Shown: positions 1 through 9,624 of the stretch, piece by piece
Layout: the number at the start of each line of letters is the position of its first letter
How positions within the stretch are numbered: the first letter of the stretch is position 1
The notes under the pieces: generated by a model
Told to the model about the DNA's origin: nothing
The model's input: the letters and a program-made list of their open reading frames with translations, nothing else
The model's database searches: none
Made by a program: the position numbers and the translations under genes
DNA from: a virus
Length of the DNA stretch: 64,000 bases
Reading direction: 5' to 3' (one strand)
IMG/VR virus record: IMGVR_UViG_3300012953_000016
Span: 1-64,000 of that record

Positions 1-510
1 AAACCATGCTTCTGCTACAATTGCTTCCGGGGTACCGGCTGTGTATGCAAGGTGTGCAACTCCAGCTGGATCAGTAGCCCATAAAGCATCATAGTCTTCC
101 TGAGATATCGATTCACCACCTTCTTCCCCACCAGGAGATCCTTCAACGGCAGCCGTTATTAAAGCGTTGTCGACTGTGACGATGGCGGTATCAAATTGGC
201 CGTCGCCTGTAGTATCCTCCATTTGCATTGATTGCAAGAAATTTGAAGTAGTTATGATGGCAAAGCTATCGCTTTCATCATATCCGCTAGAAAAATCATG
301 GCCTGGTGGGAAAAGTACTACAAACCCTTCAGAATAGTCGGAAAGGGAAAGAGGTACAATCTCACTCTCATCACCCGCTAAAAACTCATCTGGTTCAAGG
401 TTTTGAGGATTAAAGACCGGTATGGATTCGGTAGATATTAGATTTCCACCATTATCATTGTCAACTAACGCAAACGAAAAATCGGAACTATTGTTAATAA
501 TTAAAATCAT
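1..510 (-). CDS. Acidic virion-type protein, N-terminal part (runs off window edge)
   Basis: Not in the ORF track. ATG at 510 with AAGGA SD; open for 170 codons to base 1 (MILIINNSSDFSFALVDNDNGG...AIVAEAWF); D/E-rich with no K or R; late motif at 667-673. Confidence 0.75.
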   Translation of the reverse strand, partial: MILIINNSSDFSFALVDNDNGGNLISTESIPVFNPQNLEPDEFLAGDESEIVPLSLSDYSEGFVVLFPPGHDFSSGYDESDSFAIITTSNFLQSMQMEDTTGDGQFDTAIVTVDNALITAAVEGSPGGEEGGESISQEDYDALWATDPAGVAHLAYTAGTPEAIVAEAWF

Positions 511-666
511 TTTATTTTTTCCTTTTTTTTGACAACACACACGTGTTGCCTGTTCACATTAACTTAGTTAAACTAAACTGTGACTAATAAAGGAAAATAA
601 CTGGAACTTTAAAGACTAACGAACTTATCTAAAGGATGTACATGGAGTATCCTCGTTAACAACGTA

Positions 667-673
667 TAAGTAT
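667..673 (-). promoter_or_regulatory. Putative late promoter motif ATACTTA
   Basis: Matches the ATANNTA motif found upstream of most virion genes in the window. Confidence 0.5.
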
Positions 674-752
674 GTTAAAGGGATTATGTAAGCCTTTAGA
701 GTTTCAAATTCTTGTTCATTATTTACGAAATAAACCACTAACCATCACGCAT

Positions 753-860
753 AAAAAAACAGTCATAAAGTATTGTCTTAAAAAAAACTAACTTTGACTG
801 TTCTAACGGGAAACTAGGATGTTTCAACCAACGTATTCAACGACGATTAATGCTCGTCGA
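753..860 (-). ncRNA. Candidate small structured RNA (three hairpins ending in a U tract)
   Basis: Late motif at 864-870; stems at 841-859, 807-830 and 758-802; U7 at 753-759; no ORF. Confidence 0.4.
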
Positions 861-863
861 ATA

Positions 864-870
864 TAAATAT
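864..870 (-). promoter_or_regulatory. Putative late promoter motif ATATTTA
   Basis: Most common form of the recurrent motif; no ORF directly downstream. Confidence 0.5.
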
Positions 871-878
871 TCAGCTCA

Positions 879-1118
879 TTACGATTTATACAGAATTTTT
901 TTCAAATTTCTCACATTATTATCAAACTGACAACATTCTGAGCTAAGGAACTCTACTGATTTCTGCCGGCATTCATCATTAGGGTCATCAAACTCAAAAT
1001 AAAACCGACCGTCAGACAAACGCTTACAATCAATCAACTTAAACCCATGGGTCTGTAAATACGCCGCAATTGCAATGTCAGACGTAACGAATGTTTTATT
1101 AGTACCTAAAGTTGACAA
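879..1118 (-). CDS. DUF5659-like small protein
   Basis: TSDIAIAAYL...G...RFYFEF pattern; TTG start with AGGAG SD; late motif at 1161-1167. Confidence 0.6.
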   Translation of the reverse strand: MSTLGTNKTFVTSDIAIAAYLQTHGFKLIDCKRLSDGRFYFEFDDPNDECRQKSVEFLSSECCQFDNNVRNLKKILYKS

Positions 1119-1207
1119 ACCTAAACTCCTCTAGAAGTTTCTAAAAAATGCTTACGATACTAAGTATTGCGCATATTAGTATCTTGCCTGGTTATCTATA
1201 GAGATAT

Positions 1208-2104
1208 CTAGCCAATTGTGATCGTAACAATATCATGCATTTCCAATGCAAAAGAAAATATAATTCCACCTGAAACTATCGTATAGTCAAGGTTTTCTCC
1301 CTCTAAAACCATAACACCATTAACGAAGACATCAATAAGTTTGTTATCATATCCGGAAATATTTTCTGAATTTTCGAAGATAAGCGTCTGTCCTGCAGGA
1401 TAGGGTTCCACTGCAACAACAGATTCCTTAATACGTGAAGTGCGGCCTACTGTAAGGATGCCATTGCTCGAGTCTACGGTGACACCTGGACCGGGAACGA
1501 TATGGGTTGACAAATAATCGTCTCCGTTACCATCCAGTAATTCGCTAGTCCGGACCTCAGGTGTAGAAACAGCGCCGATGACAGATATGCTAGCTGCATT
1601 AATAGCACCAGAAGAATTTATATTTGATGCCGCTAAATCTGCAACCCTAAGATTGGCATAACCCCCCTGGTCCGGATGATCAGGATCAGGGAAATCAGTT
1701 ATATTAACATCAGCATCTGTAATTGCTAGTCTAAACTCAGCTTGATCATGATCCCAAAATAATGAAGGGTTCAAGCCAGATGCAGTAAAAATTAATCCCC
1801 GGTCAGAATCAGGCACCTCATCAGGCATGCCTTGCCCTAATGATATCACCGTATTTTCAACATTGAGATTATTAACAGCAACTTCATTATGATTTGTAAC
1901 TGTTAAATTTTCAATGACAGCAGTCTGAAAGGTGTTAACACCAGAAAATGCATTATCCTCAGGTAGCAATGCTATTCCGATGTTAAAGCCTGCAGGAAGA
2001 TCCTCAGGTATCAACCCTTGAAGTAATTCTTCTAACTTTTCATGTTCTACGTCGCCAGCATCTGGCAGTTCATCATGTTGAGTTATTACGATATGACCTG
2101 ACAT
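1208..2104 (-). CDS. Virion structural protein (tail-fibre-like motifs)
   Basis: DRGLIF...SLFWD...F fibre-type segment; C-terminal DVFVNG...DYT...FSF.L...D.V domain; acidic. Confidence 0.55.
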   Translation of the reverse strand: MSGHIVITQHDELPDAGDVEHEKLEELLQGLIPEDLPAGFNIGIALLPEDNAFSGVNTFQTAVIENLTVTNHNEVAVNNLNVENTVISLGQGMPDEVPDSDRGLIFTASGLNPSLFWDHDQAEFRLAITDADVNITDFPDPDHPDQGGYANLRVADLAASNINSSGAINAASISVIGAVSTPEVRTSELLDGNGDDYLSTHIVPGPGVTVDSSNGILTVGRTSRIKESVVAVEPYPAGQTLIFENSENISGYDNKLIDVFVNGVMVLEGENLDYTIVSGGIIFSFALEMHDIVTITIG

Positions 2105-2112
2105 ATTCTCTC

Positions 2113-2838
2113 CTACAGCCCTCTAATCTCTCTATAAGCCGAAACCGTTACAGGCCAAAGATCTTCTGCAATATCCAAGCATGCTTTAGCAACCTGCTGA
2201 ATTTCCCACTGGGCACCATCATGGGTTCTCAACTCAATAAACTTAATTAGATTATTAAGGTTACATGTCCCGTAGTACTCTGTATAAAGATTTTGGGGGA
2301 GCACACCTCTGGCTTGTTCTCTACAGATACCTGCATTAATAAGTTCGTTATATAACTCTAGGCTGCGGGCATGATGAGACCGAACCATTCCGCTAGCGTA
2401 TGTTCGACCACCATCCTCATACGCGCGTATACACGGGTCAAGCTGTTCAGTTAGGTTTGAAGCTTGACGGTTTGATTTATGCTGTGTACGAAAGGTTTTC
2501 GGTTCGTAGAACCGAAGATCTACATCAGTATACCTTCTGCTAATCTCGTTATAAGACCATGTTCGATGACGATGGTGCTGAGAGCGTATGAACAGAGGAA
2601 CACAAAACCTGAAAGTAATAACATTGTGCTCCAGAGTCGAAGTGTGTCTGTGTTTGATAAGGTAAGTAATAAGCTTTTCATCTTTTTCATCTAATTCCCC
2701 TTTCTGCTTACCAAACGAAACTCTTGCACTATTAACGATTGTTAAGTCAGAACCCATATGTTCGACATATTCAACCGTACCGATTGAATCATTATAGAGA
2801 TCAATTTTCTTACTTCCTGGCATCGCGGAGTGTGTCAT
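2113..2838 (-). CDS. thyX: FAD-dependent thymidylate synthase ThyX
   Basis: NSARVSF, HTSTLEH, RHRTWSYNEISRRY signature, REQARGVLP, AQWEI. Start moved from 2934 to the ATG at 2838 (AAGGGG SD); 2823 is an alternative. Confidence 0.95.
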   Translation of the reverse strand: MTHSAMPGSKKIDLYNDSIGTVEYVEHMGSDLTIVNSARVSFGKQKGELDEKDEKLITYLIKHRHTSTLEHNVITFRFCVPLFIRSQHHRHRTWSYNEISRRYTDVDLRFYEPKTFRTQHKSNRQASNLTEQLDPCIRAYEDGGRTYASGMVRSHHARSLELYNELINAGICREQARGVLPQNLYTEYYGTCNLNNLIKFIELRTHDGAQWEIQQVAKACLDIAEDLWPVTVSAYREIRGL

Positions 2839-3232
2839 CTTTAACCCCTTTTCCTTTCCAGCGTGCCTTGCGGCCCCGGACATCATAATGAACAAATGTT
2901 GTGTAAAGGCCAACGCCTCCCTGGACCATTTCACCTTTAGAGATTAATTCCTCTATAGCTTCCTTGACTTCCTTTGGTATCATACCTTTAATTTTTATAT
3001 CGCCGGCCTTTGCAGACATATGCTGGCTTCGTCGTGCACCACCGATCTTCCTATTATACTTTGGTGACCTGTACCCGCTGATTACATGGATTGGTTTACC
3101 AAGATTATCTCTTAATACTTGTAGGTTCTCTGCCAAGCACTGGGCGTTTTGCATTAGCTCATCAGGAACATCGGATCCATCACGACACCTAAACTCAGAG
3201 AGATTAAAATTTTTCGTAAGTTGTTTACTCAT
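2810..3232 (-). CDS. Peptidase M15 family Zn peptidoglycan peptidase
   Basis: NFNLSEFRC, ISGYRS..YN..IGGA..SQH...AGDI, GVGLY..FVHYDVRG. Confidence 0.9.
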   Translation of the reverse strand: MSKQLTKNFNLSEFRCRDGSDVPDELMQNAQCLAENLQVLRDNLGKPIHVISGYRSPKYNRKIGGARRSQHMSAKAGDIKIKGMIPKEVKEAIEELISKGEMVQGGVGLYTTFVHYDVRGRKARWKGKGVKDDTLRDARK

Positions 3233-4142
3233 TCTCTATATCTTTCAATAGGCCTACCACATCTAAGCCGGCACAGTCAATCTTTCTACGCGTTAAATTG
3301 TAATGATTGATGAAGCCCTTAAACTCTCCCCGTTCACAACGCTTGTCAACACCTGTAACAAGCTCTCCGTTGGAATCTGTAGGACATTCCAAGGGGATAC
3401 CGGTTGCACCATGGATAGCTACCCAAAGAGCTTTAAGAGCCTCTAGTTGGACAGGGTAAAAATCCAAGTGTTCTTCTAGCTTACGGCCGTGGCATTCAAC
3501 GTCATTAACAACAGGACGAGCACCATAACCATTACGAACATACCAATCCTGGTATTTCGTGTAGTATGCATTAGATATTTCAACTCCTATACTTTTTGTA
3601 TTCCACATAGAGCCACCAGCTTGCCATGCCCTATGTTGGGTGTCTAGCAACTGGTATATTGTACCATCATTGTCAATGCAAAAATGGATTGATATCCCTC
3701 TCTTTGCAACTACCTTTGCACAGCTCTTTGCAGAAAGACAAACGTCCCAATGGTTTACAAAAAATGTAGGATCCCTATCTTCTTTGCCAGCCCATGAAGT
3801 ATATGTTCCTGGCTTGCAACTAAGACCGGCTTCGTCGTCCCATAAAACAACTTGCGGCCACTCAATAGGGTAAAACTTTCCATTGTGTACAATGTTTTTA
3901 TTCATTGCAGTAAAGCACATTTGGGCAGGCTCATGTTCTGAAATATTTGATTCTCTCTCAGTCCAGACCCTTCTGTATGTAGACGGGCCACAAAGACCGT
4001 CTGCAGTCAGTTTATGTTTGCGCTGCCACTTTTTAATTGCGTTAACTAAGTCATCATCAAAGTTTTGTGCGCCAAACCAGGTAGGATCCCACCCAAGCTT
4101 TGTTGCTGATGCTTCATTATAAAAGTTCTTGTCTATTGCCAT
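3225..4142 (-). CDS. Endolysin: peptidoglycan-binding domain plus N-acetylmuramoyl-L-alanine amidase
   Basis: AIKKWQRKHKLTADGLCGP.T binding motif; amidase NHWD, HFCID, AWQAG, SIGVEI, NH...KIDC. Confidence 0.85.
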   Translation of the reverse strand: MAIDKNFYNEASATKLGWDPTWFGAQNFDDDLVNAIKKWQRKHKLTADGLCGPSTYRRVWTERESNISEHEPAQMCFTAMNKNIVHNGKFYPIEWPQVVLWDDEAGLSCKPGTYTSWAGKEDRDPTFFVNHWDVCLSAKSCAKVVAKRGISIHFCIDNDGTIYQLLDTQHRAWQAGGSMWNTKSIGVEISNAYYTKYQDWYVRNGYGARPVVNDVECHGRKLEEHLDFYPVQLEALKALWVAIHGATGIPLECPTDSNGELVTGVDKRCERGEFKGFINHYNLTRRKIDCAGLDVVGLLKDIENE

Positions 4143-4157
4143 GCTATCCTCAAGTTA

Positions 4158-4760
4158 TTACTCAAAATCTATTTCAACGTCAACCTTAATATTGATCTTA
4201 GGAACCCTGACATGATTTACAATGCCATGCTTCTTTGCTTCTGCTGCATCCATAAACCAATCAGCATGCTTTTTCGTGAAAACCTTCTTCTTAAAATAGT
4301 CGTCTTTTTTTCCACAATTTCTTGCCATCATCGTAAATATCTTTTCATCTAAACGTTCAGCTTCTTTAACATCAGCCTTGAGCTCTTCAATCTTTCCAAA
4401 GCCACCGCTGCTAACGTCATGAATCATGATGGTTGCATCAGCATCTGCAAACCGCATGCCATCCTCCCCAAAAGTAAGTAAAACGGCCCCGCAGGACATT
4501 GCCTTACCCTCGACGATTGTTGCAACAGGAAGCTCAGAGTTCTTAATCGCACTAACCATAGTCATAAGACTATATACTTGACCACCATAAGAATCGATAA
4601 TTACAGGAATTACCTTCTGGCCGGTGTTGTGTGCTTGAGCAATCTCTAGCTGAAACTTGTTTGCAGAATCTTCATCAAATTTATTGACCCTGATAATTAC
4701 AGGTTGCTTTCTTAGTTCGATCTCCTTAATAAGAGGAGATATTTTTGTTGTCCACTTCAT
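4158..4760 (-). CDS. clpP: ClpP-like ATP-dependent protease proteolytic subunit
   Basis: IDSYGGQV, GKAMSCG (catalytic Ser), IMIHD (His), WFMDAAEA...G. Start set at the ATG at 4760 with GGAG SD. Confidence 0.88.
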   Translation of the reverse strand: MKWTTKISPLIKEIELRKQPVIIRVNKFDEDSANKFQLEIAQAHNTGQKVIPVIIDSYGGQVYSLMTMVSAIKNSELPVATIVEGKAMSCGAVLLTFGEDGMRFADADATIMIHDVSSGGFGKIEELKADVKEAERLDEKIFTMMARNCGKKDDYFKKKVFTKKHADWFMDAAEAKKHGIVNHVRVPKINIKVDVEIDFE

Positions 4761-4770
4761 TAGTTCTCCG

Positions 4771-7227
4771 TCAACTACACTTACTATGACCACACGAAGT
4801 ACAGGCTACGCAACCCTCTTGATAAACCAATGAATCTTCTGCGCTACAATGTTCACACACTGTCTTGCCTGGCTTGGTGCCGTCGATGATATAATTTTTA
4901 AGTACCCTTGCAATAACCTTCGAAAAGCTAAACAAATCTGCATCTCTATCTTTCTGCAATTGTTCTACTACATAATGGATAGGGGCTCCGTGGCGAAGTG
5001 CAAGGGAGATTGTTCTTGTAAAAGCCGAATGGTTAGGGTTGTCAAAAAGAGATACAACATCCCTTAAGATAACCTCATCTCCATTCTCACCGAAATGTAA
5101 GTCATATACAGAATTCCTAGACTTTCTTGGGTGCTTTACTATTTTTCCTGTTTTATATTTCTTTGGGATCTCAACAAACTTTGACAAGCCACCTATAATC
5201 TCATATGGTTGGTTATCAAGTTTTCCTACTAAGATTGTCCATGCCTCACCCTTAATATTTGCATTATGGATTGTACAGTCAACCTCAAGCGGCCGCTTTG
5301 GTGCTGAGTGGGGTTTGAATGCATCTTCTTTCTCTGTCTTTGAAACCAAAACGCCAGTCCGAGATCCATCCCTATAAACAGTTACCCCTTTGCAGCCAGT
5401 CTCCCAGCCTGTCATGTATATATCTTTAACTGTTTCTACCTTAGTTTCATTAGGGATATTTGTTGTATTTGAAATAGCATGACAAATCCACTTCTGGGCA
5501 ACGGATTGCATCTTTACCTTCTGGACCCAATCAATCTCAGTTGCAGTAGCACCGGCATAAGGTGATTCTTCAATCTTAGACAAGCCGGTTATACTCATCC
5601 ACTTTTTGAACCCGTGATGGTAAACATCATATTCCTGCCATTTGTCACCTGAGTCGTCAACAAAATCAATACGAGCATTTACATCGGTTTCTGTCAGCTT
5701 TTTTCTTCTAGTATATTTCAACATGTAAGCCGGCTCGATACCTGATGTTGTTTGAGTCAATGTTGAAACAGAACCGGCTGGGGCGGTTGTTGTCAATGCG
5801 ATATTTCTTCTTCCTGTCTCTTTATTCATCCCATATATGTCAGGGGCCTCTTCCCAGATCCTATTCAAAAATGGGTGCTCCATTTCTCTTTCATGATCAT
5901 GGACTGGGAAGGCACCTCGTTCCTTTGCCATAACACATGAAGAACGGTATGCATTAACTGCTAGGGTTTTATAAAATTGTTCTACAATTTCGATAGAGGC
6001 GTCAGATCCGTATCTCACCCCTAATGCTGCCAAGGCATCGCCTACGCCTGTAACGCCTAACCCAGTTCGGCGACCATTTTGCGCCTGAGATTTTATCTTG
6101 GTCCAAAGGTTTTTCTCAATAGCCTTAACTTCATCAGGCTCAGGATCATCCTTGATCTTCTTTAAGATCTTATCAACTTGCTCAACTTCGAGATCAACCA
6201 TATCATCCATTAAGCGTTGGGCCTGCTGGGTTACCTCTGCTAACTTGTCGAAGTCAAATTTGGCCTCGGGGGTAAATGGAGAGCTAACGAATGAATATAA
6301 GTTAAGAAGCATCAACCGACAGCTATCATACGGGCTCAAAATAATCTCGCCACATGGATTTGTAGAACTTGATGCAAAGCCCTCGTCAGAATATAGATCT
6401 GCAGGAGTTAATGAGGTTGCAGTATCCCAAAATAATAAACCAGGTTCTGCGCATGCATGTGCAGAAGAAATAATCTCATCCCAAACTTCTCTAGCATTTT
6501 CGTTGTATGAAACCTCAGGCTCTGTTGAATCAACAGGCCAGCGTTGCTGGTATTCACTGTTGTTTTTTACTGCATCAAGAAACTCATCAGATAACCTTAC
6601 TGAAATGTTCGCTCCTGTGACCCTGCTTAAATCCCTTTTGATCTTTACAAAATCCATCACTTGTGGGTGATGAACAGAGATTGTCAACATTAATGCGCCG
6701 CGGCGACCATTCTGCGCGACTTCGCGACATGAATTTGAGAACCTATCCATAAAGACCTCAATCCCGTCTGTCGTCCTTGCACAATTACCGGTTGATCTAC
6801 CCTTCGGGCGGATGGTCGATATATCAAACCCAACGCCTCCGCGGCGCTTAGCAATTTGAACAAGCTCTTGATCTGTCTTAAGAATGCCGCCGTAAGAGTC
6901 ATGGGGAGGTTCAATAACAAAACAATTTGATACTGACTGGATCTGGAATGGATTTCCAACACCCGACATAGGTGATCCTTGAGGCACAACGTACTTAAAG
7001 TCCTTGAACAAATTATAGATCTGTTCTTCTGACATAGGGTTTGGGTACTTACCTTCTATCCTTGCGAATTCCCTTGACAGGCGTCGATGCATATCATCTG
7101 GTGTGTTCTCATGTAAGTTGCCGTCACGATCAATCAACGCATACTTAGAGACGAATACGTTCGCTGCTAAGTCATCCCCATTAAAGTATTGTAACGACTT
7201 TCCAAATGCTTCATCAAATTTTACCAT
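4771..7227 (-). CDS. nrdJ: Class II (adenosylcobalamin-dependent) ribonucleotide reductase
   Basis: SNCFV, RGGVG, TNPCGEI, SCRL, RRTGLG, APAGSVS, CKGVTVYRDGSR; C-terminal TSCPD-like domain and CxxC...CxxC Zn ribbon; no beta subunit nearby. Confidence 0.92.
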   Translation of the reverse strand: MVKFDEAFGKSLQYFNGDDLAANVFVSKYALIDRDGNLHENTPDDMHRRLSREFARIEGKYPNPMSEEQIYNLFKDFKYVVPQGSPMSGVGNPFQIQSVSNCFVIEPPHDSYGGILKTDQELVQIAKRRGGVGFDISTIRPKGRSTGNCARTTDGIEVFMDRFSNSCREVAQNGRRGALMLTISVHHPQVMDFVKIKRDLSRVTGANISVRLSDEFLDAVKNNSEYQQRWPVDSTEPEVSYNENAREVWDEIISSAHACAEPGLLFWDTATSLTPADLYSDEGFASSSTNPCGEIILSPYDSCRLMLLNLYSFVSSPFTPEAKFDFDKLAEVTQQAQRLMDDMVDLEVEQVDKILKKIKDDPEPDEVKAIEKNLWTKIKSQAQNGRRTGLGVTGVGDALAALGVRYGSDASIEIVEQFYKTLAVNAYRSSCVMAKERGAFPVHDHEREMEHPFLNRIWEEAPDIYGMNKETGRRNIALTTTAPAGSVSTLTQTTSGIEPAYMLKYTRRKKLTETDVNARIDFVDDSGDKWQEYDVYHHGFKKWMSITGLSKIEESPYAGATATEIDWVQKVKMQSVAQKWICHAISNTTNIPNETKVETVKDIYMTGWETGCKGVTVYRDGSRTGVLVSKTEKEDAFKPHSAPKRPLEVDCTIHNANIKGEAWTILVGKLDNQPYEIIGGLSKFVEIPKKYKTGKIVKHPRKSRNSVYDLHFGENGDEVILRDVVSLFDNPNHSAFTRTISLALRHGAPIHYVVEQLQKDRDADLFSFSKVIARVLKNYIIDGTKPGKTVCEHCSAEDSLVYQEGCVACTSCGHSKCS

Positions 7228-7239
7228 TTCGCAATTTCC

Positions 7240-8643
7240 TTAAATTTTACTAACTTCATTCCACTTTTTCTTTAAGAGGTCTTTCATAGCATTTTCATCT
7301 TGTGCCGCGGCTTCGCCTAGGGTCAATGAGTTCTCATCTAATATTTCAATTATAGACATTGAAGTGTCAATGTGTATGGGGAAAAGTAAACCATCTCGGC
7401 CCGCACGGTTCTTTGCAATAAATAACCTACCTGACCCTGTAGATTTTTCCATTGCTTTACGTGAGATAGACAAGACAACATCAGCAACCATTGCCTTACC
7501 ATACGCCTCTGACATGTTCTCCAGGCCGACCACATCTGAGTTTGCGGATTCACGGTTTGCTTGTGAGGCAGTCCAGACTGGGAGATTCATGTCCATTGCC
7601 ATATTTCTTAATTCTTCATAAATTAACTTAAGTTCGTGGCGAAGGGAATCATAACTCCTTGTAGAGCGCATAATATCTGCATAGTCAATAATAATTACAT
7701 CAGGCTGAAAGCCTTTCAACAGCAGCTTTTCAATATGATTACGAATCGTGACAATTGAGGCAGCACCTGTAGGGTACTCCTTAATAATCAGTCTACCAAG
7801 CTCAGTGTTTTCATACTTCTCTAAAACCTCAGCCTTATTATCACAAACGTCGTTGCTTGCGATACCGCAGATATTTGAATCATACCTTAATCCCACCGCA
7901 TGCTCTGTCAGCTCGAATGTATAGTGGACGACATTTTTCCCGGCCTTCATGGCGTTAGCACCCATTTGTACAAGGAAATGACTTTTACCTACGCCTGTAT
8001 TAGCAGTAATAACACCAATCTCACCCCTACCAAGGCCGCCCTGCAAAATATCACCTGCATCAAGCCTATCTAGGCCGGTCGGGCAAACCCTTCTGGCTAG
8101 CTTAACAAACCTTGCATCGGCATCTTCGAAAAAATCATGGCCAGTTGAGGAAGGCATGCCGACTGCAACGGCTTCCTTCATGAGGGTAACAACACTTTCA
8201 AACTTATCAGTAGAAATAAGCTCTACTGCTTGCTCTAAGGCTTCCTTAAATGCCTGCCGCTTACAAAAGTCTAGCGACTTATCCTTGACATATTGAAGAT
8301 CACCCATATCTGGGTTATGCTTAACCCTGTGTAAAAACTCTACAATCTGATCACGTAGAATAATATCATGCCCTTGTGATAAATCATCCTTAATAATAGT
8401 TATCAATAGTGACATCGTAGGAAAAGACTTATACTTAATATGATACGAAAAGTACTTGTCGGCAAGGTAGTTCAGGTATTTCAAGTCAAAAAACTGGGGA
8501 TTCATAACCTCAATCATTTGCGCGGCCCATGAATGATCAGACATAAGACTTTGAAAAATCTTTTCCTGAAACTGTTTTCCGTATTGCGCAAAATATGGTT
8601 GTGACCCATTTGCTACCTGTAGTACTGTATTAGTATTGCTCAT
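7240..8643 (-). CDS. Replicative DnaB-like helicase (T4 gp41-like)
   Basis: Walker A ANTGVGKS, IKEYPT, IIIDYAD, WTASQANR, AKNRAG. Confidence 0.92.
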   Translation of the reverse strand: MSNTNTVLQVANGSQPYFAQYGKQFQEKIFQSLMSDHSWAAQMIEVMNPQFFDLKYLNYLADKYFSYHIKYKSFPTMSLLITIIKDDLSQGHDIILRDQIVEFLHRVKHNPDMGDLQYVKDKSLDFCKRQAFKEALEQAVELISTDKFESVVTLMKEAVAVGMPSSTGHDFFEDADARFVKLARRVCPTGLDRLDAGDILQGGLGRGEIGVITANTGVGKSHFLVQMGANAMKAGKNVVHYTFELTEHAVGLRYDSNICGIASNDVCDNKAEVLEKYENTELGRLIIKEYPTGAASIVTIRNHIEKLLLKGFQPDVIIIDYADIMRSTRSYDSLRHELKLIYEELRNMAMDMNLPVWTASQANRESANSDVVGLENMSEAYGKAMVADVVLSISRKAMEKSTGSGRLFIAKNRAGRDGLLFPIHIDTSMSIIEILDENSLTLGEAAAQDENAMKDLLKKKWNEVSKI

Positions 8644-9623
8644 TAATTACTTCCCACTCCAAGGGTTGAACTTATTGACATATAGAACGAGTCAGCATCA
8701 AATGTTGACAGGCCTTCGCGTATAAGCGTTTTCATTAGTTTAATCTTATTACCGTTGCTGTTAAAAGTATCAACAATACCTTCAACTTTTTGAATTTGGC
8801 TAGCTGCAAGGTTTGAAATGCCTAAATACATAAGCTTCCAGTTCCTATATGCTATCTCAGAATTTTCATTAATGTTATGGAAAAGCTTTATCTTTTTCCC
8901 TGTTGTCATACTTCGCTCATGGCTTAACTTAACAACTTCATCAACAGAAATAAAATCCGGACTGCCCAACTCTGGAAATCTTTTTAGCATTGTCTTAAAT
9001 CCGGCACCTTTAATTCCTGGTAACGAGTCAGAACCATCACCACAAAAACATCTTGCTACAAGAAAATTGTCAGGATACATTCCAAACTTTTGTATAACAT
9101 CCTTTGCCGTAACAAAATCTTTCTGGCCGGGAGACCATTGAATGATATTACTTGAAAGCAGTTGATAATAATCCTTATCAGATGACACTATCACGCATCT
9201 ATTATCTGAGTATTTATTCTTTGCTAGGTATGCTATAACATCATCTGCTTCACAGTCTGAAACGTAAATCTGTTTCACAGGCACCGTCTTTAATAACTCT
9301 ATAGTTAGCGAAATTTGGTGGCTTCTATTTTCGACAGTATCTGGAATATCATCACCGTAAAATCGGTTTAACTTCTGTGGTCGGCTCTTTTGCTTATAGT
9401 CGCTATAAATTGCACGTCTTCTAAGTGAGCCTCCCCCTTCCCAAATGACGCATACATCGATTGGGTTTAACATATCAGTTAATCTTGCAATCGATTTTAT
9501 AAACCCAAGTGTACCGCCTACATGACTACCATGAATAGACATTGCAGGGTTAGCTATAAAATGTCTGGTAAAAAGATTATATGCATCGACCAAGAGGACT
9601 GGGCGAGTAGATACAATTGACAT
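8643..9623 (-). CDS. 5'-3' exonuclease / flap endonuclease (PolA N-terminal or T4 RNase H-like)
   Basis: LLVDAYN, YK..R, EADDVI, SSDKDYYQL, GDGSDSLPGIKGAG (H3TH). Confidence 0.92.
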   Translation of the reverse strand: MSIVSTRPVLLVDAYNLFTRHFIANPAMSIHGSHVGGTLGFIKSIARLTDMLNPIDVCVIWEGGGSLRRRAIYSDYKQKSRPQKLNRFYGDDIPDTVENRSHQISLTIELLKTVPVKQIYVSDCEADDVIAYLAKNKYSDNRCVIVSSDKDYYQLLSSNIIQWSPGQKDFVTAKDVIQKFGMYPDNFLVARCFCGDGSDSLPGIKGAGFKTMLKRFPELGSPDFISVDEVVKLSHERSMTTGKKIKLFHNINENSEIAYRNWKLMYLGISNLAASQIQKVEGIVDTFNSNGNKIKLMKTLIREGLSTFDADSFYMSISSTLGVGSN

Positions 9624-9624
9624 A

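Noticed and set aside
2839-2934. ThyX N-terminal extension in the ORF track
   Set aside because: It overlaps the M15 peptidase gene; ThyX similarity and an SD fit a start at 2838 or 2823.
4761-4793. ClpP N-terminal extension in the ORF track
   Set aside because: It overlaps the nrdJ end; the GGAG SD points to the ATG at 4760.
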